NCBI GenBank assembly: GCA_002269645.1
Contig: NIVC01002812.1
Location: 66,064 to 130,063, forward strand
DNA length: 64,000 nt
Reading direction: 5' to 3'
From: Macrostomum lignano
Lineage: Eukaryota
How positions within the stretch are numbered: the stretch's first letter is position 1; each line of letters opens with the position of its first letter. A model generated the notes under the pieces. It was not told the DNA's origin. It did not search any database and was given only the letters and a program-made list of their open reading frames with translations. This document shows, one piece after another, positions 25,629-42,699 of the stretch. Made by a program: the position numbers and the translations under genes.

Positions 25629-26356
25629 TCGTGGCGTCATGTACACACACTATCTCATTACTCCTATCCTCCGGTATAAAATCGCATTTCTCTCTCTCGC
25701 CAGAGTGCTTCATTCGCCAGCTAACCGCAGTAGTGACCCGGTAATTCGGCAAATGAGCCACTCGCTCTCCCCCCAGGCCCCAATGAATTGGATTAGAAAG
25801 ATTAAATTTATTATTTTTTATTTCTCAACTCAAAGCGGCAAATGTCATCACCAGGGTAGGCTCTGAGCTCTCCCCTGTCTCCGTTCCCCTCTCCCGCACG
25901 CGGCCTTTGCATCGCTTTAATGTCAGTTTTCTAGTAGGCTATCCTCTATCTCTGTCTTCCCCTGGCACTCAGTTGAGCTTATAAATGCATTTCTCCTCCT
26001 CAACCCGATTGCCACTCTCCATTTGTGTGTCTGGAGAGTTGAATTGACCCCAAGCTCAAGCACTCTCGCAGTGGGATCTCCTACTTTGTCACGTAACTGC
26101 TGGAGCCTTTGCTCTCCGCTGTGCTCCAATTGCTCTGTGTGTTAGTTATTTTCGCGATAGAAAAAATGATATTAAAAAAGTCAAGCCAGTCATTGCGTTT
26201 TTAAAAATGATGTTGTCTCTTGATTGAATTATTGCATTTCATAACGAATTCACCATTGATTAATTGCAGTTCGTCATGCGAAGCTCAGCTTCTGTGCCTC
26301 ATCACTGGATGCGTCAGGGATAAACTAGCTAACACTGCTGCGTTACAGTTCCAGCA

Positions 26357-26441
26357 ATGCTCTCAGTGCGGCCTGCAATTCTGTGGCTGCTCTGCTTTGC
26401 AGCTCTGCCGCATGATGGGGCTCATGGCAACTCGCAATACG
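26357..26441 (+). CDS. Signal-peptide exon (MLSVRPAILWLLCFAALPHDGAHGNSQY) of the Ig/FN3 receptor gene
   Basis: Acceptor TTACAG at 26348, ATG, hydrophobic h-region, donor G|GTGAGT at 26442 in phase 1, matching the phase-1 acceptor at 55410. Confidence 0.75.
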
Positions 26442-26459
26442 GTGAGTCTGGGCCACCTC

Positions 26460-27074
<615 letters not shown>

Positions 27075-27616
27075 TCTTTCAAACATAAATGAAAATATTG
27101 CTACAATGCACTCACTCTCAGCCGACGCTATTCAATTAGTATTTTCACTATAGCTGAAGCCAGTGAACACATACCGGTAGAGACGCACTGCCAGTCACGT
27201 GCGCAATTACCCATAAAGTTAGGATGCCCGAGGCCGATGTGCGAGGCCGCATGCAGGGCACGAACTGCGCCCTGTCTGTCGGCTTCTACAGCCAGCCAGC
27301 TATTCAAGCTGAACCGAAGCACCGTTTCCGAACCAAGAGCGTCATGTGTAGTCTGTGTGTGTGCGCGTTCAGACCTTGAAGCGCCAGTTATAATATATTC
27401 TGTTGTAGCGGAGCTGTTGCTCTTCAATCTTGGTTGCTTGTGAAAACTCGCGAGGTTTTTTGGTCGTGGGGGTTGCTGGTTGTGTTTTGCTAATACTAGA
27501 TAAGTCGGACTAAACAGGCGTAAACAAAATATTATTCCTTCCTGGCTTTCTGCGCTATGATTAATTAGAGAAAACTTTACTGGCTGTGCTTTAGTATTGA
27601 GTAGGTAGATGCATAC

Positions 27617-27722
<106 letters not shown>

Positions 27723-28434
27723 GAGTAACAAAATTATCGATAGATGCATATATATGTATAGATAGAAGCTTAGATAGTTTCCTTAGATACGAGCGTAGAT
27801 GCTTGATGATGCAAGATATAAATTAGAAATATAATATTTGTTATACTTTATTATATACTAGAAATTTTTAACTCGAAAGCATTTATAAAAACGAATATAA
27901 GTCTATTACGCCATTAGATATATGATTATTTTTTACAGTTTCATATCACATATTTCACAGGCACACACAACAAAAATTAATAATTGGTTAAAATTCGGAA
28001 TCACTAAGGTTAAGAAAAAATCACAATGACTGCCCAGCACAGGTTGAATTCCTGTTTGCTAACTGGATTTTAAACCGCCTCCTTGCGCAGACGCCTGCCT
28101 CTCCGACGGTTGCTTGCTGCATGCCCTGTGCACAAGAGGAAAAGAATCCTTATTTAGAAAGCATAGCTGCTTTGGCTGCCTGATCGCATTTCTAAGGTCT
28201 TGCTTGCCTATGTTGCTGCTTTTTGAAGCTGTCTGGCGTTCTTGAATCGGGATATTTTTCTCTCGCCTGCTTTTTTTCTCCAGTCTTCTTCGTCCTGCGA
28301 ATCTTCAGTTTCACTGCCGCCGCCTTGCTGCTTCCGATCGGCAACAGCCTGGAGTGCTAAGTTACCACCTTGGCGAGCCCATAGAATCTGGGCAGGGATA
28401 CTCGGATTGAACCGAAGCTGATAGAGGGGTTTCA

Positions 28435-28930
28435 CCAACCATAGACTGTCACCAACCATAGACTGTCGCCAACCATAGACTGTCGCCAACCATAGACTGT
28501 CGCCAACCATAGACTGTCACACAACCATAGACTGTCACCAACCATAGACTGTCACCAACCATAGGCTGTCACCAACCATAGACTGTCGCCAACCATAGAC
28601 TGTCACACAACCATAGACTGTCACCAACCATAGACTGTCACCAACCATAGGCTGTCACCAACCATAGACTGTCACCAACCATAGACTGTCACCAACCATA
28701 GACTGTCACCAACCATAGATTGTCACCAACCATAGATTGTCACCAACCATAGATTGTCACCAACCATAGATTGTCACCAACCATAGACTGTCACCAACCA
28801 TAGATTGTCACCAACCATAGATTGTCACCAACCAACCAACCATAGACTTTCACCAACCATAGACTGTCACCAACCATAGATTGTCACCAACCATAGACTG
28901 TCACCAACCATAGACTGTCACCAACCATAG
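28435..28930. repeat. 17-bp minisatellite (AACCATAGACTGTCACC)
   Basis: About 29 tandem units. Confidence 0.96.
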
Positions 28931-29427
28931 AACTTCATATATCAACAGGACCAGTTGGACCTATTCGAAAGAATCTACGTAACTTTAGCAACTCAAGTTT
29001 GCTGATTTTTTTTACTTAAAAGTTTCTAGAGTTTTGCTTTCTTTATAGTTTATTTTCTGTTCTTGTCCTTGCCCTAAACTGAACACTTATTTCGCCAGCA
29101 AGGTAATCTCGTCTGCTTTTCTTTGACCTTATTTTTGGTCACGAATTTGACAAGATTTTAACTTTTTCTCTCACTTTCTGCGAAGCAGGATAAAGTTCAT
29201 TCATGAATTTAAATTGGATGCTGAGAAAGATGACTGGCCGGCCAATTTGTATTTGCTAGCTATGGTTTTTTTCTGAACAATTGCTCTTCTGTAAGATAAT
29301 GCTATAAAATATATTGTGCCTAGATATCATGCAAATATGCTTATGAGAAAATATGCCTAAGTCTCTTGCAACAGCATATGGGGAATCGAGCTCGGGACCT
29401 CCGTCACACTTCATCAGTAGGCAGTTT

Positions 29428-29437
29428 TTTCGGCAGA

Positions 29438-29530
<93 letters not shown>

Positions 29531-29531
29531 G

Positions 29532-29575
<44 letters not shown>

Positions 29576-29613
29576 AGTCAGTCTGCCTGTCTGTCTGTCT
29601 GTCTGTCTTAGTG

Positions 29614-29673
<60 letters not shown>

Positions 29674-29674
29674 G

Positions 29675-29722
<48 letters not shown>

Positions 29723-29734
29723 AGTCAGTCTGCC

Positions 29735-29778
<44 letters not shown>

Positions 29779-29790
29779 AGTCAGTCTGCC

Positions 29791-29846
<56 letters not shown>

Positions 29847-29880
29847 AGTCAGTCTGCCTGTCTGTACAGACAGACAGACT
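29428..29880. repeat. (TCTG)n microsatellite with a fold-back end
   Basis: Directly visible; ends TCTGTACAGACAGACAGAC. Confidence 0.96.
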
Positions 29881-31084
29881 TTTCTGGCTTCGCATTAGAA
29901 TCGAAAGCCGCACCTTGGGCAACAAGGGGACAATGTGCAATACTCATCTGGATCTCAGCTTCAACTTCGTACGATGAGAGCTAAGCTAACACAGTTGACT
30001 GGCAAAGCATGTTTGCGGCCTCAATAAGGGCCCCGTCTTTTACAATCGTGACCAATAGTGACCGAGCCCTCCGCTTTACAATGCTTCTGCCCTAGACCTA
30101 TCTAAGCACGGCAGCGAGTCCCCCCCCCCCCAGCAACCAGAGCTTGATTGCGCAACACTGTCCGTTGGTAGTATATAGAAGCCAAAAAATGTTTACTAGC
30201 TTCAAAAAGACGCAAAAGAAGAATGGAAGGAAGAAAATTAGCCAGCTTTACAGCGCGCGTCGACCTGCTAGGCAGAACTTGACTATCATGGATGTCTGAA
30301 ACTAGAGATCTAGATTGGAAACTTTTACAATGACAATGTTTAGCTGTGATATTTATTATACAAACTAAAAATTCGAGTTAGTGAACTTTCTAATAAGTGA
30401 GACTTCACGTCCTAAGCTTGTAATAAATCGCAATATTTCCAATCCAGAAACTCTAGCTCTAGCAGTCCATGATGTTACTATGCATGGTACGTTGCGGTTT
30501 TTACAACCGCCTCTATCTCTGCAGACTAACTAAAATTGCAGTTCCTGTTCAGATTAGAACTGCAAGATTTTTTCTGCGGCGCTAAATTTATGACCAACTG
30601 CAACTCCCCCATTTACTTCAAGGCAGCTATCGCTTTCCAAGAAATAGATTTTGTACCCTGTTTAGCTTTAGGTATTATTCATTCACTAAAATATGATTAT
30701 TAAATGTTTACAAACACGAAGGTTTGAACCACCTGTTTGGGCTTATTGTTTAACTATGAAGCCATTTCTCTATGCTAATGGAAGCTGATCTTCCTTGCTT
30801 TCGATTCTGCTTTTTTTAAAAACTGTCCCGCCTGTTCTGTTTGGCAGTTTTCTGGGTCAGGCGCTGCCATTCCGCTTGGCTATTAAAAATGAATTCCGCG
30901 AGCTGCATAGTTTCTTACTTTGGCCTGTGTTGCTTTTAACTTGCTTCTTCTCCGCTATTACCGTAGGCCTTCGGGTTTAGGCAGCCTGCGAGTCACTCCA
31001 GTATAGTGGCTCTGTAGAGCTGGCCCTCTGGGCTCTTCTGCGTTCTTAGCACTGCCTGACTGACTTGTCTGTGTGTCTAATCTA

Positions 31085-31842
<758 letters not shown>

Positions 31843-32273
31843 GTCCAAATAAAATTCGGTTTAAAGCAAGATTCCGAGAAAACCTGCCGGAGTCACCCCG
31901 TGACCCGATTCTCAGTGGGGGGAACTAATTCCACCCGAATGCGCCATAGCCTCATAGACTGATTCCTGGTAGAGAAAAATCTAAAAAAGCAATTTCACCG
32001 GGCTGGCGGCAGCTTATTTTATAATAAGAGCAGAAAGTTTACTTTCGGATTACAGTCGTCAGAGACAGTCAGCGTGAGGTCACGGCAGTTGACCCAATCA
32101 AAAGTCAAGCCTCTTTTTATTTTAGTCCCTTCACTTCTCTTTCTCTCAGCTTTCTGCTGTCGTGTCTGTCACGGCTGCCCTCGCCGGATTATCTCCGCCC
32201 GGCCTCAAATCCGTCGCGATTCAGGATTTGAGCCAAGAGCAACCCTTAACTCCCCGCCGCTCCCGCCCCTTCC

Positions 32274-32279
<6 letters not shown>

Positions 32280-32366
<87 letters not shown>
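32280..32366. repeat. (CT)n microsatellite
   Basis: Directly visible. Confidence 0.97.
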
Positions 32367-32371
<5 letters not shown>

Positions 32372-32989
32372 CCCCTGTATGGTCTCCTTTGTTGTCTTTT
32401 CACAGAGTGATTATTTGTTCTTTCTCCTCTCTATCTGCTTGTTTAAAGCCAGCCAGCCTTCGGCACGAATTCGCTTGTCTCTGTCTGCTTTATCGATTGG
32501 CGATTGAAGAGAGACAGCCTGTCGAATATGTTTTTGCCTTCTATTGACCTGTCAATCAAGCGTTTTAATAATATCGAGATTGCTTATATTCTTTAGATAA
32601 GCAACGAATTGGAAATGATCTAATTCTCTGCGTTTGTTTGATATTTGTCACAGATCAATTGATTGACTGTATTATAATTATTAATGTAGTCGCTCGATTC
32701 ACGCCCACGATGGCCAACACCCTTAAAGGCACAGTGAAGTTAGCACTGTTTGACGGTTTAGAAAGTCTGGGTTGAAGTACACCCTGTGTGAGCGTGTTCA
32801 CGTGCTCAAGGTTCAGCGCAGGAGTCGGCAAACTGTTTTACTTTATCGGCTAGATAAAGGGATTTAAATCATTGTTGCTGAGAGAAGAAGAAACAGGGGA
32901 TGAAAGATGACAAAAGAGATGAGAGGTAAGAGGCGAGATTGATGTGCGAGAGATACGATAAGAGAAGAGGAGAGAAGAAAATAGAAAAA

Positions 32990-34655
32990 AGGAGATTAGA
33001 GGAGAGAAGAGGGAGAGGAGAGAGAAGAGGGAGAGGAGAGAGAAGAGGGAGAGGAGAGAGAAGGGGGAGAGGAGAGAGAAGAGGGAGAGGAGAGAGAAGA
33101 GGGAGAGGAGAGAGAAGAGTGAGAGGAGAGAGAAGAGGGAGAGGAGAGAGAAGAGTGAGAGGAGAGAGAAGAGGGAGAGGAGAGAGAAGAGGGAGAGGAG
33201 AGAGAAGAGGGAGAGGAGAGAGAAGAGTGAGAGGAGAGAGAAGAGGGAGAGGAGAGAGAGAAGAGGGAGAGGTGAGAGAAGAGGGAGAGGAGAGAGAAGA
33301 GGGAGAGGAGAGAGAAGAGGGAGAGGAGAGACGAGAGGGAGATGTGAGAAAAGAGGGAGAGGAGAGAGAAGAGGGAGAGGAGAGAGAAGAGGGAGAGGAG
33401 AGAGAAGAGGGAGAGGAGAGAGAAGAGGGAGAGGAGAGAGAAGAGGGAGAGGTGAGAGAAGAGGGAGAGGAGAGAGAAGAGGGAGAGGAGAGAGAAGAGG
33501 GAGAGGAGAGACGAGAGGGAGATGTGAGAAAAGAGGGAGAGGTGAGAGAAGAGGGAGAGGAGAGAGAAGAGGGAGAGGAGAGAGAAGAGGGAGAGGTGAG
33601 AAAAAAGGGAGATGTGAGAGAAGAGGGAGATGAGAGAGAAGAGGGAGAGGAGAGACGAGAGGGAGATGTGAGAAAAGAGGGAGAGGTGAGACGAGAGGGA
33701 GAGGTGAGAAAAGAGGGAGAGGAGAGACGAGAGGGAGAGGTGAGAAAAGAGGGAGAGGACAGAGAAGAGGGAGAGGAGAGAGAAGAGGGAGAGGAGAGAG
33801 AAGAGGGAGAGGTGAGAGAAGAGGGAGAGGAGAGAGAAGAGGGAGAGGATAGACGAGAGGGAGATGTGAGAAAAGAGGGAGAGGAGAGAGAAGAGGGAGA
33901 GGTGAGAGAAGAGGGAGAGGAGAGAGAAGAGGGAGAGGAGAGAGAAGAGGGAGATGAGAGAGAAGAGGGAGAGGAGAGAGAAGAGGGAGAGGAGAGAGAA
34001 GAGGGAGAGGAGAGACGAGAGGGAGATGTGAGAAAAGAGGGAGAGGTGAGAGAAGAGGGAGAGGAGAGAGAAGAGGGAGAGGAGAGAGAAGAGGGAGAGG
34101 AGAGAGAAGAGGGAGAGGAGAGAGAAGAGGGAGAGGAGAGAGAAGAGGGAGAGGAGAGAGAAGAGGGAGAGGAGAGAGAAGAGGGAGAGGAGAGAGAAGA
34201 GGGAGAGGAGAGAGAAGAGGGAGAGGAGAGACGAGAGGGAGATGTGAGAAAAGAGGGAGAGGTGAGAGAAGAGGGAGAGGAGAGAGAAGAGGGAGAGGTG
34301 AGAGAAGAGGGAGAGGTGAGAGAAGAGGGAGAGGAGAGAGAAGAGGGAGAGGAGAGAGAAGAGGGAGAGGAGAGAGAAGAGGGAGAAGAGAGACGAGAGG
34401 GAGATGTGAGAAAAGAGGGAGAGGAGAGAGAAGAGGGAGATGTGAGAAAAGAGGGAGAGGAGAGACGAGAGGGAGAGGAGAGAGAAAAGAGAGAAAAGAG
34501 AGAGAAGAGAGACGAGAGGGAGAGGTGAGAAAAAAGGGAGAAGAGAGACGAGAGGGAGAGGTGAGAAAAAAGGGAGAGGAGAGACGAGAGGGAGATGTGA
34601 GAAAAGAGGGAGAGGAGAGACGAGAGGGAGAGGTGAGAAAAGAGGGAGAGGAGAG
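32990..34655. repeat. 18-bp polypurine minisatellite (GAGGGAGAGGAGAGAGAA and variants)
   Basis: About 90 units, almost purely G/A on the + strand. Confidence 0.96.
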
Positions 34656-35514
34656 AGCTGAGGCGAGACAAAAATTGACCGTGCCGGATTGCTATTGTGA
34701 AGTTTCAAAGGACCCGAGGCCCGGAATATACAGAACCCTGGTTTAGCGGAACACCACGCGAGCCGCTATATCTGCGGAATCGAACTCGGGTCTTTGTCTT
34801 GCTTCAGGCGCTAATAGAGAAAATTTTGATTTGAAATCGGACCCAAATCGACACTACAGGGAAGGATTTCTTTTTTTGGAGAAAAACTCTTTGTCTTAAA
34901 GACAATTGACCGTGTGTGTGTGTGTGTGTTTTTGTCTTGTCATTCTTGCTTCCCCAAGCCAGGTCCGGAAATTGCGAAATGCTGCAAAGTTGAGAAGTTT
35001 TAAGTGGATTGCGCAATTGTGCAAACCCTGCTTTTACAATAATTTCTATGCGCTTTGAAAGAAAAAGAGAGAAATGTTATAACCCGATGACAGAGAGGTC
35101 CAGTTCTGCAGATGTAGGCAGCGCCTTCAATGCCTCTTGTCGGTCTTGTAAATAAATTTCGCTAGCGGTTATAGTAGGCCAAGGATAACTTCAACTAGAA
35201 TTTGGATTAGAAATATTTCCTGCCTCGTCTTAACTAATATGAAGTCAAAGCTTCTCCTAGATTTCGGTTCGAGATCGCCTTGATCTCGACTCGACCTTTG
35301 CGTAGCAATTATTGCGTTAACTTCGACTGTTGTTTGCCCTCCAACAGTTAAAGGCTAAAGCGAGGTGACTGCCGCTCTTATTTGGGTTTCTGTGTGAATT
35401 CTTTGGTTCCGCCACCCCCCCCCCCCGCATGGTGGCGTGCTGTACATCTCTATGAATTGGAGCGCCAATTGACGGTTTGCTGTCTCACTGTATGTGTAGA
35501 TACCCCTACCTCTC

Positions 35515-35950
35515 TCCCCATCTTCCAATGTCTCTCGTAACCCATGTCTCCCATCCCATCCCATCCCATCTCCCTATGTCTCTCCCATCCCATCATGTCT
35601 CTCCCATCCCATCCCATCATGTCTCTCCCATCCCATCCCATCATGTCTCTCCCATCCCATCCCATCATGTCTCTCCCATCCCATCCCATCATGTCTCTCC
35701 CATCCCATCCCATCATGTCTCTCCCATCCCATCCCATCATGTCCCTCCCATCCCATCTCACTATGTCTCGCCCATCCCATCTCACTATGTCTCTCCCATC
35801 CCATCTCCCTGTGTCTCTCCCATCCCATCTCCCAATGTCTCTCGTATCCCATCTCCCAATGTCTCTCCCATCCCATCTCCCAATGTCTCTCGTATCCATC
35901 TCCCAATGTCTCTCCCATCCCATCTCCCTATATCTCTCCCATCCCATCTC
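35515..35950. repeat. 24-bp minisatellite (CCCATCCCATCCCATCATGTCTCT)
   Basis: Directly visible. Confidence 0.94.
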
Positions 35951-36794
35951 ACTGTGTCTCTATTTTCAAATCCCTCATTTTAGTCCCGCACAGAAAAGTC
36001 TATCTTTTTCTAAAACAACTAAATACAGGCATATAAATAGGAACGATCAGTGACTAGAAGATATTCTATTTTAAAATTAGTTCACACCCCAACAGTTAGT
36101 GAGAGGAGGAAATGCAGAGGAGATGAAGATCAGAGCCTGGAAACTCGACATTGATTCGCTCAAGCAGAACTCTCAACAGAGAACATCGCTCTTCTGCTTG
36201 TCAGCTCGAGAGGCGGAACCGAAAGCAGAAGACAGCACTTATACAAGCAAAAGCAATATCTGCAACATCTAGCTAGAGCCAACCCAATAAGTAATCATTT
36301 GGAATAGCGCCTATTTGCAATTGCAGTCAGCCAGCAGAATCTCATCAATTCCATTTCTATCAGCTCAATGCGAGTCAGTTTCTATGAGTTTTGCTGCACC
36401 AATGCGGATGCAGTTTTTCCACTCTGAATTCCTTTTTAACTATATGACATTGCGCTGACTGAATTGTTGAAACAGTCTGGGCTTGCTTTAAAAAATCTCA
36501 GCATCGGAAACTATAAAAAAATTACAAAACAGGCCGACAGAGAAGAAAAGACACAACTGGCTATGTTTCTAGTAATTGCAACGATAATGTAGCAAGGAGG
36601 CAGCCGATTAAAAGATGCAAACCAGATCTGGGCTTTAAGGAAGCGATGCAGACGTAACAAAATTGCTGCTCCTAAATTTTTTACTCGACACAAAATTTTG
36701 CCTAAAGCTCCAATGAAACAGTCTGGAGCGGGTCAGTCCGAAGAGGTGACGGTGGATTCTGCTAGTCTGAATACAAACTAGCTTCTTACTGTCT

Positions 36795-38891
<2,097 letters not shown>

Positions 38892-39659
38892 ATGTACTGC
38901 AAGCTACAAGAACAATTCTAGTAAAGACTCCTGTAATTACTACCCAAAGCGAATCGAGCTGTGCTTTTAGCAGATCTATATAAATTGGGCCTGCGCGCAT
39001 TTATTTTTGCATTCTGCAGAACCCACCAGGACTATAGCACAGATACGAGCTAAAAAATAAGCAAACATGAAGATTTCCATTTTTGTCCTGTCCGCTTGCG
39101 TGCTGTGATTAATTAGTTTTCTTACATGTTAGGCTGCCGCTCATGTGCGCGTTGAATTGAGCTGTGACTCATGTCTGCTGCATCGGAGACTCAAGTAGAA
39201 TTGTATCAGAGAGTTGACAGTGTGTGTGCTTTCTCTGTCTAGTAGTAGGTTTCGATTGAGTCCATGCACTGGTTCGGCAGTAGGCTGTAGGATCTATTAT
39301 GTGTGCGTTTTGCGAACTTGTTCTTGTCTTGAATACCTGCGTACTTCATCGTACCTTCCCCCGTCATTACCAGTTGTAAATGTAGCAATTAGTAGGGAAT
39401 TATGGTTAATTAACTCGCCGGCTACACAAATAAGACGGGGCGTTTTCTGCCGAAATGCTGCGTTTCCTATGCTGGAAACTACCGGTAATTGCTGTGTCTG
39501 TGTGCGTTCTAGCGACGATTCGAACTGGTGCCTGCAGTGGCTGACTGAGGTACACTTGGCCTTGTAATAGCAGCTCGTGTTCGCTAGTGCCAAGTACTCG
39601 TGCGTGCGAGGCTGTTTGTGAAATTGTTTTTTGTCTGATCTACCTATCCAATTACCTAT

Positions 39660-39952
<293 letters not shown>

Positions 39953-40489
39953 ATACGAGTAGACATCTAACTTAGTTGCCATGCATCGTGTGTGCATCAT
40001 TTCCCAGTTACTGTAATAATGCACTAGCTTACGCAGCACTGCATTCCCTACCCTATTCAATGCCTCTATATGTGACCTTAGGCCGCGGTCAGTTGCCAGT
40101 CAGTCGCTCACGCCACTCAATTAGGCTTTTAGTCATTATTTTGTTTGTAGATTATCCCCGGCGTAAGCCGCTCCTCATCTTGTCTTGGCGCTTCTTCAAG
40201 ATAAGCCATCTTCTGCTCCCCTATACGTCTTCTTCAGCCGAGAATTTCCATCTTCATCTTCACCTCCGGCTGTACCTTTGATTTCGCAGCCTCTTGTGTA
40301 AGGATTGTAGCAGATCTCTTCATCTCGGCTTGGGGGATTGCATGTTCTGCAACATAAATTGCTTTTTTTTAATCTGGATTGGTTTTGTCTTCTTTTATCT
40401 ATCTGTTTGTCATCCTAAGGGAATTTGTCATCCTAACTCTGTTCTTGTTTCACGGCTTCCTAGGATTTTATGACTTTATTTTAAGATTA

Positions 40490-41980
40490 CCCTAGTGAGA
40501 GTCATAATTTATTGAGGTGAGATTATCCTAGTGAGATTATCTATTTACTAGGGTGAGATTATCCTAGTGGGAGTATGAGTTTACTTGGGTGAGATTATCA
40601 CTCTATTGTAGTGAGATTATCGTAGTGAGATTATCTTTTTACTGGAGTTAGATTATCCTAGTGAGAGTATCAATTTATTGGGGTGATATTATCCTAGTGA
40701 GATTGTCTATTTACTGGGGTTAGATTATCCTACTGAGAGTATCAATTTATCGGGAGAGATTATCCTAGTGAGATTATTAATTTACTGTGGTGAGATTATC
40801 CTAGTAAGATTATTAATTTACTAGGGTGAGATTATCCTAGTGAGATTATTAATTTACTGGGGTGAGATTATCCTAGTAAGATTATTAATTTACTAGGGTG
40901 AGATTATCCTAGTGAGATTATTAATTTACTAGGGTGAGATTATCCTAGTGAGATTATTAATTTACTGGGGTGAGATTATCCTAGTGAGATTATTAATTTA
41001 CTGGGGTGAGATTATCCTAGTGAGATTATTAATTTACTGGGGTGAGATTATCCTAGTGAGATTATTAATTTATTGGGGTGAGATATTCTAGTGAGATTAT
41101 TAATTTACTGGGGTGAGATTATCCTAGTGAGATTATTAATTTACTGGGGTGAGATTATCCTAGTAAGATTATTAATTTACTAGGGTGAGATTATCCTAGT
41201 GAGATTATTAATTTACTGGGGTGAGATTATCCTAGTAAGATTATTAATTTACTAGGGTGAGATTATCCTAGTGAGATTATTAATTTACTAGGGTGAGATT
41301 ATCCTAGTGAGATTATTAATTTACTGGGGTGAGATTATCCTAGTGAGATTATTAATTTACTGGGGTGAGATTATCCTAGTGAGATTATTAATTTACTGGG
41401 GTGAGATTATCCTAGTGAGATTATTAATTTATTGGGGTGAGATATTCTAGTGAGATTATTAATTTACTGGGGTGAGATTATCCTAGTGAGATTATTAATT
41501 TATTGGGGTGAGATATCCTAGTGAGATTATTAATTTACTGGGGTGAGATTATCCTAGTGAGATTATTAATTTACTGGGGTGAGATTATCCTAGTGAGATT
41601 AATAATTTACTAGGGTGAGATTATCCTAGTGAGATTATTAATTTACTGGGGTGAGATTATCCTAGTGAGATTATTAATTTATTGGGGTGAGATTATCCTA
41701 GTGAGATTATTAATTTATTGGGGTGAGATATCCTAGTGAGATTATTAATTTACTGGGGTGAGATTATCCTAGTGAGATTATTAATTTATTGGGGTGAGAT
41801 ATCCTAGTGAGATTATTAATTTACTGGGGTGAGATTATCCTAGTGAGATTATTAATTTACTGGGGTGAGATTTTCCTAGTCAGATTATTAATTTACTAGG
41901 GTGAGATTATCCTAGTGAGATTAATTATTTACTGGGGTGAGATTATCCTAGTGAGATTATCCTAGGGTGAGATATCCTAG
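40490..41980. repeat. 36-bp minisatellite (GAGATTATCCTAGTGAGATTATTAATTTACTGGGGT)
   Basis: About 40 units; degenerate 5' edge, homogeneous core. Confidence 0.97.
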
Positions 41981-42699
41981 GGTGAGTACGAGTTTCTTAA
42001 GATGAGATTTCACCATAATTCCTACCCCGTAAGTTGGAATTTCTATATCATTTAACACGAAATTTTATCCCAAAATGTACTTTTAGTCTGGGTGGTCTTG
42101 ATATCAATTTAATAGCCAGCATTTTTTGGCCCACCACACTTCATTGAGTTTATTAATATTTGATTGCGTTTAATATAAACTCCCAATCGTTAAAAGCATC
42201 AAGGGGCAGCTTTCTTTCGTCAAGTGGTCCGTGTATCAAGGCTGAAGTGGCCTAATTCTTTTATCAGTGTGTTTTTCGGCTGAACGCAAACCCACTATAA
42301 CTACGCTAAACAAAATACCTTGACTTAAAATGACGCTCTTTGTTTGTAAGAAAGAACCAGCTCAAAAGGCTCAGCGTATTAATTATATAATACTGTCACA
42401 TGAGCGTTGCTTTTGAGTTCCCTGTAATTAGAGGGCTAAACAGATGAGGCAAAAAATCTGTTGGGTTTGTCCTTTGACTTGCTTCTCTGACTGACTGGTT
42501 GAGGAGCAGGCTTTGATTGTAGTGTTAAATTGCAGTTTCTACTTTAGTTGTTTTCTCTCTGTTAATTAGTACAAAAGTATAGGTGCGTGGACTGAGCTTA
42601 AACAAAAATGTGCTTAAGAGAGCGAAAAGTTATGGACAGTGAAAAGTTTGGATGAAAACTACATAGAGCGAAAAAGGCGATACTGTGACAGAGGTAGGG

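Noticed and set aside
30500-30660. LINE endonuclease-like GYKIYF...NGGVA on the minus strand
   Set aside because: Surrounding motifs are broken by stops and cannot be aligned by eye; needs a frameshift-aware search.
32869-34746. Glu/Arg-rich and Ser/Leu-rich ORFs of 529-600 aa
   Set aside because: Products of the 18-bp polypurine array on both strands; no credible gene context.
34770-34795. Pol III B box (GAGTTCGATTCC, minus strand)
   Set aside because: No accompanying A box or cloverleaf.
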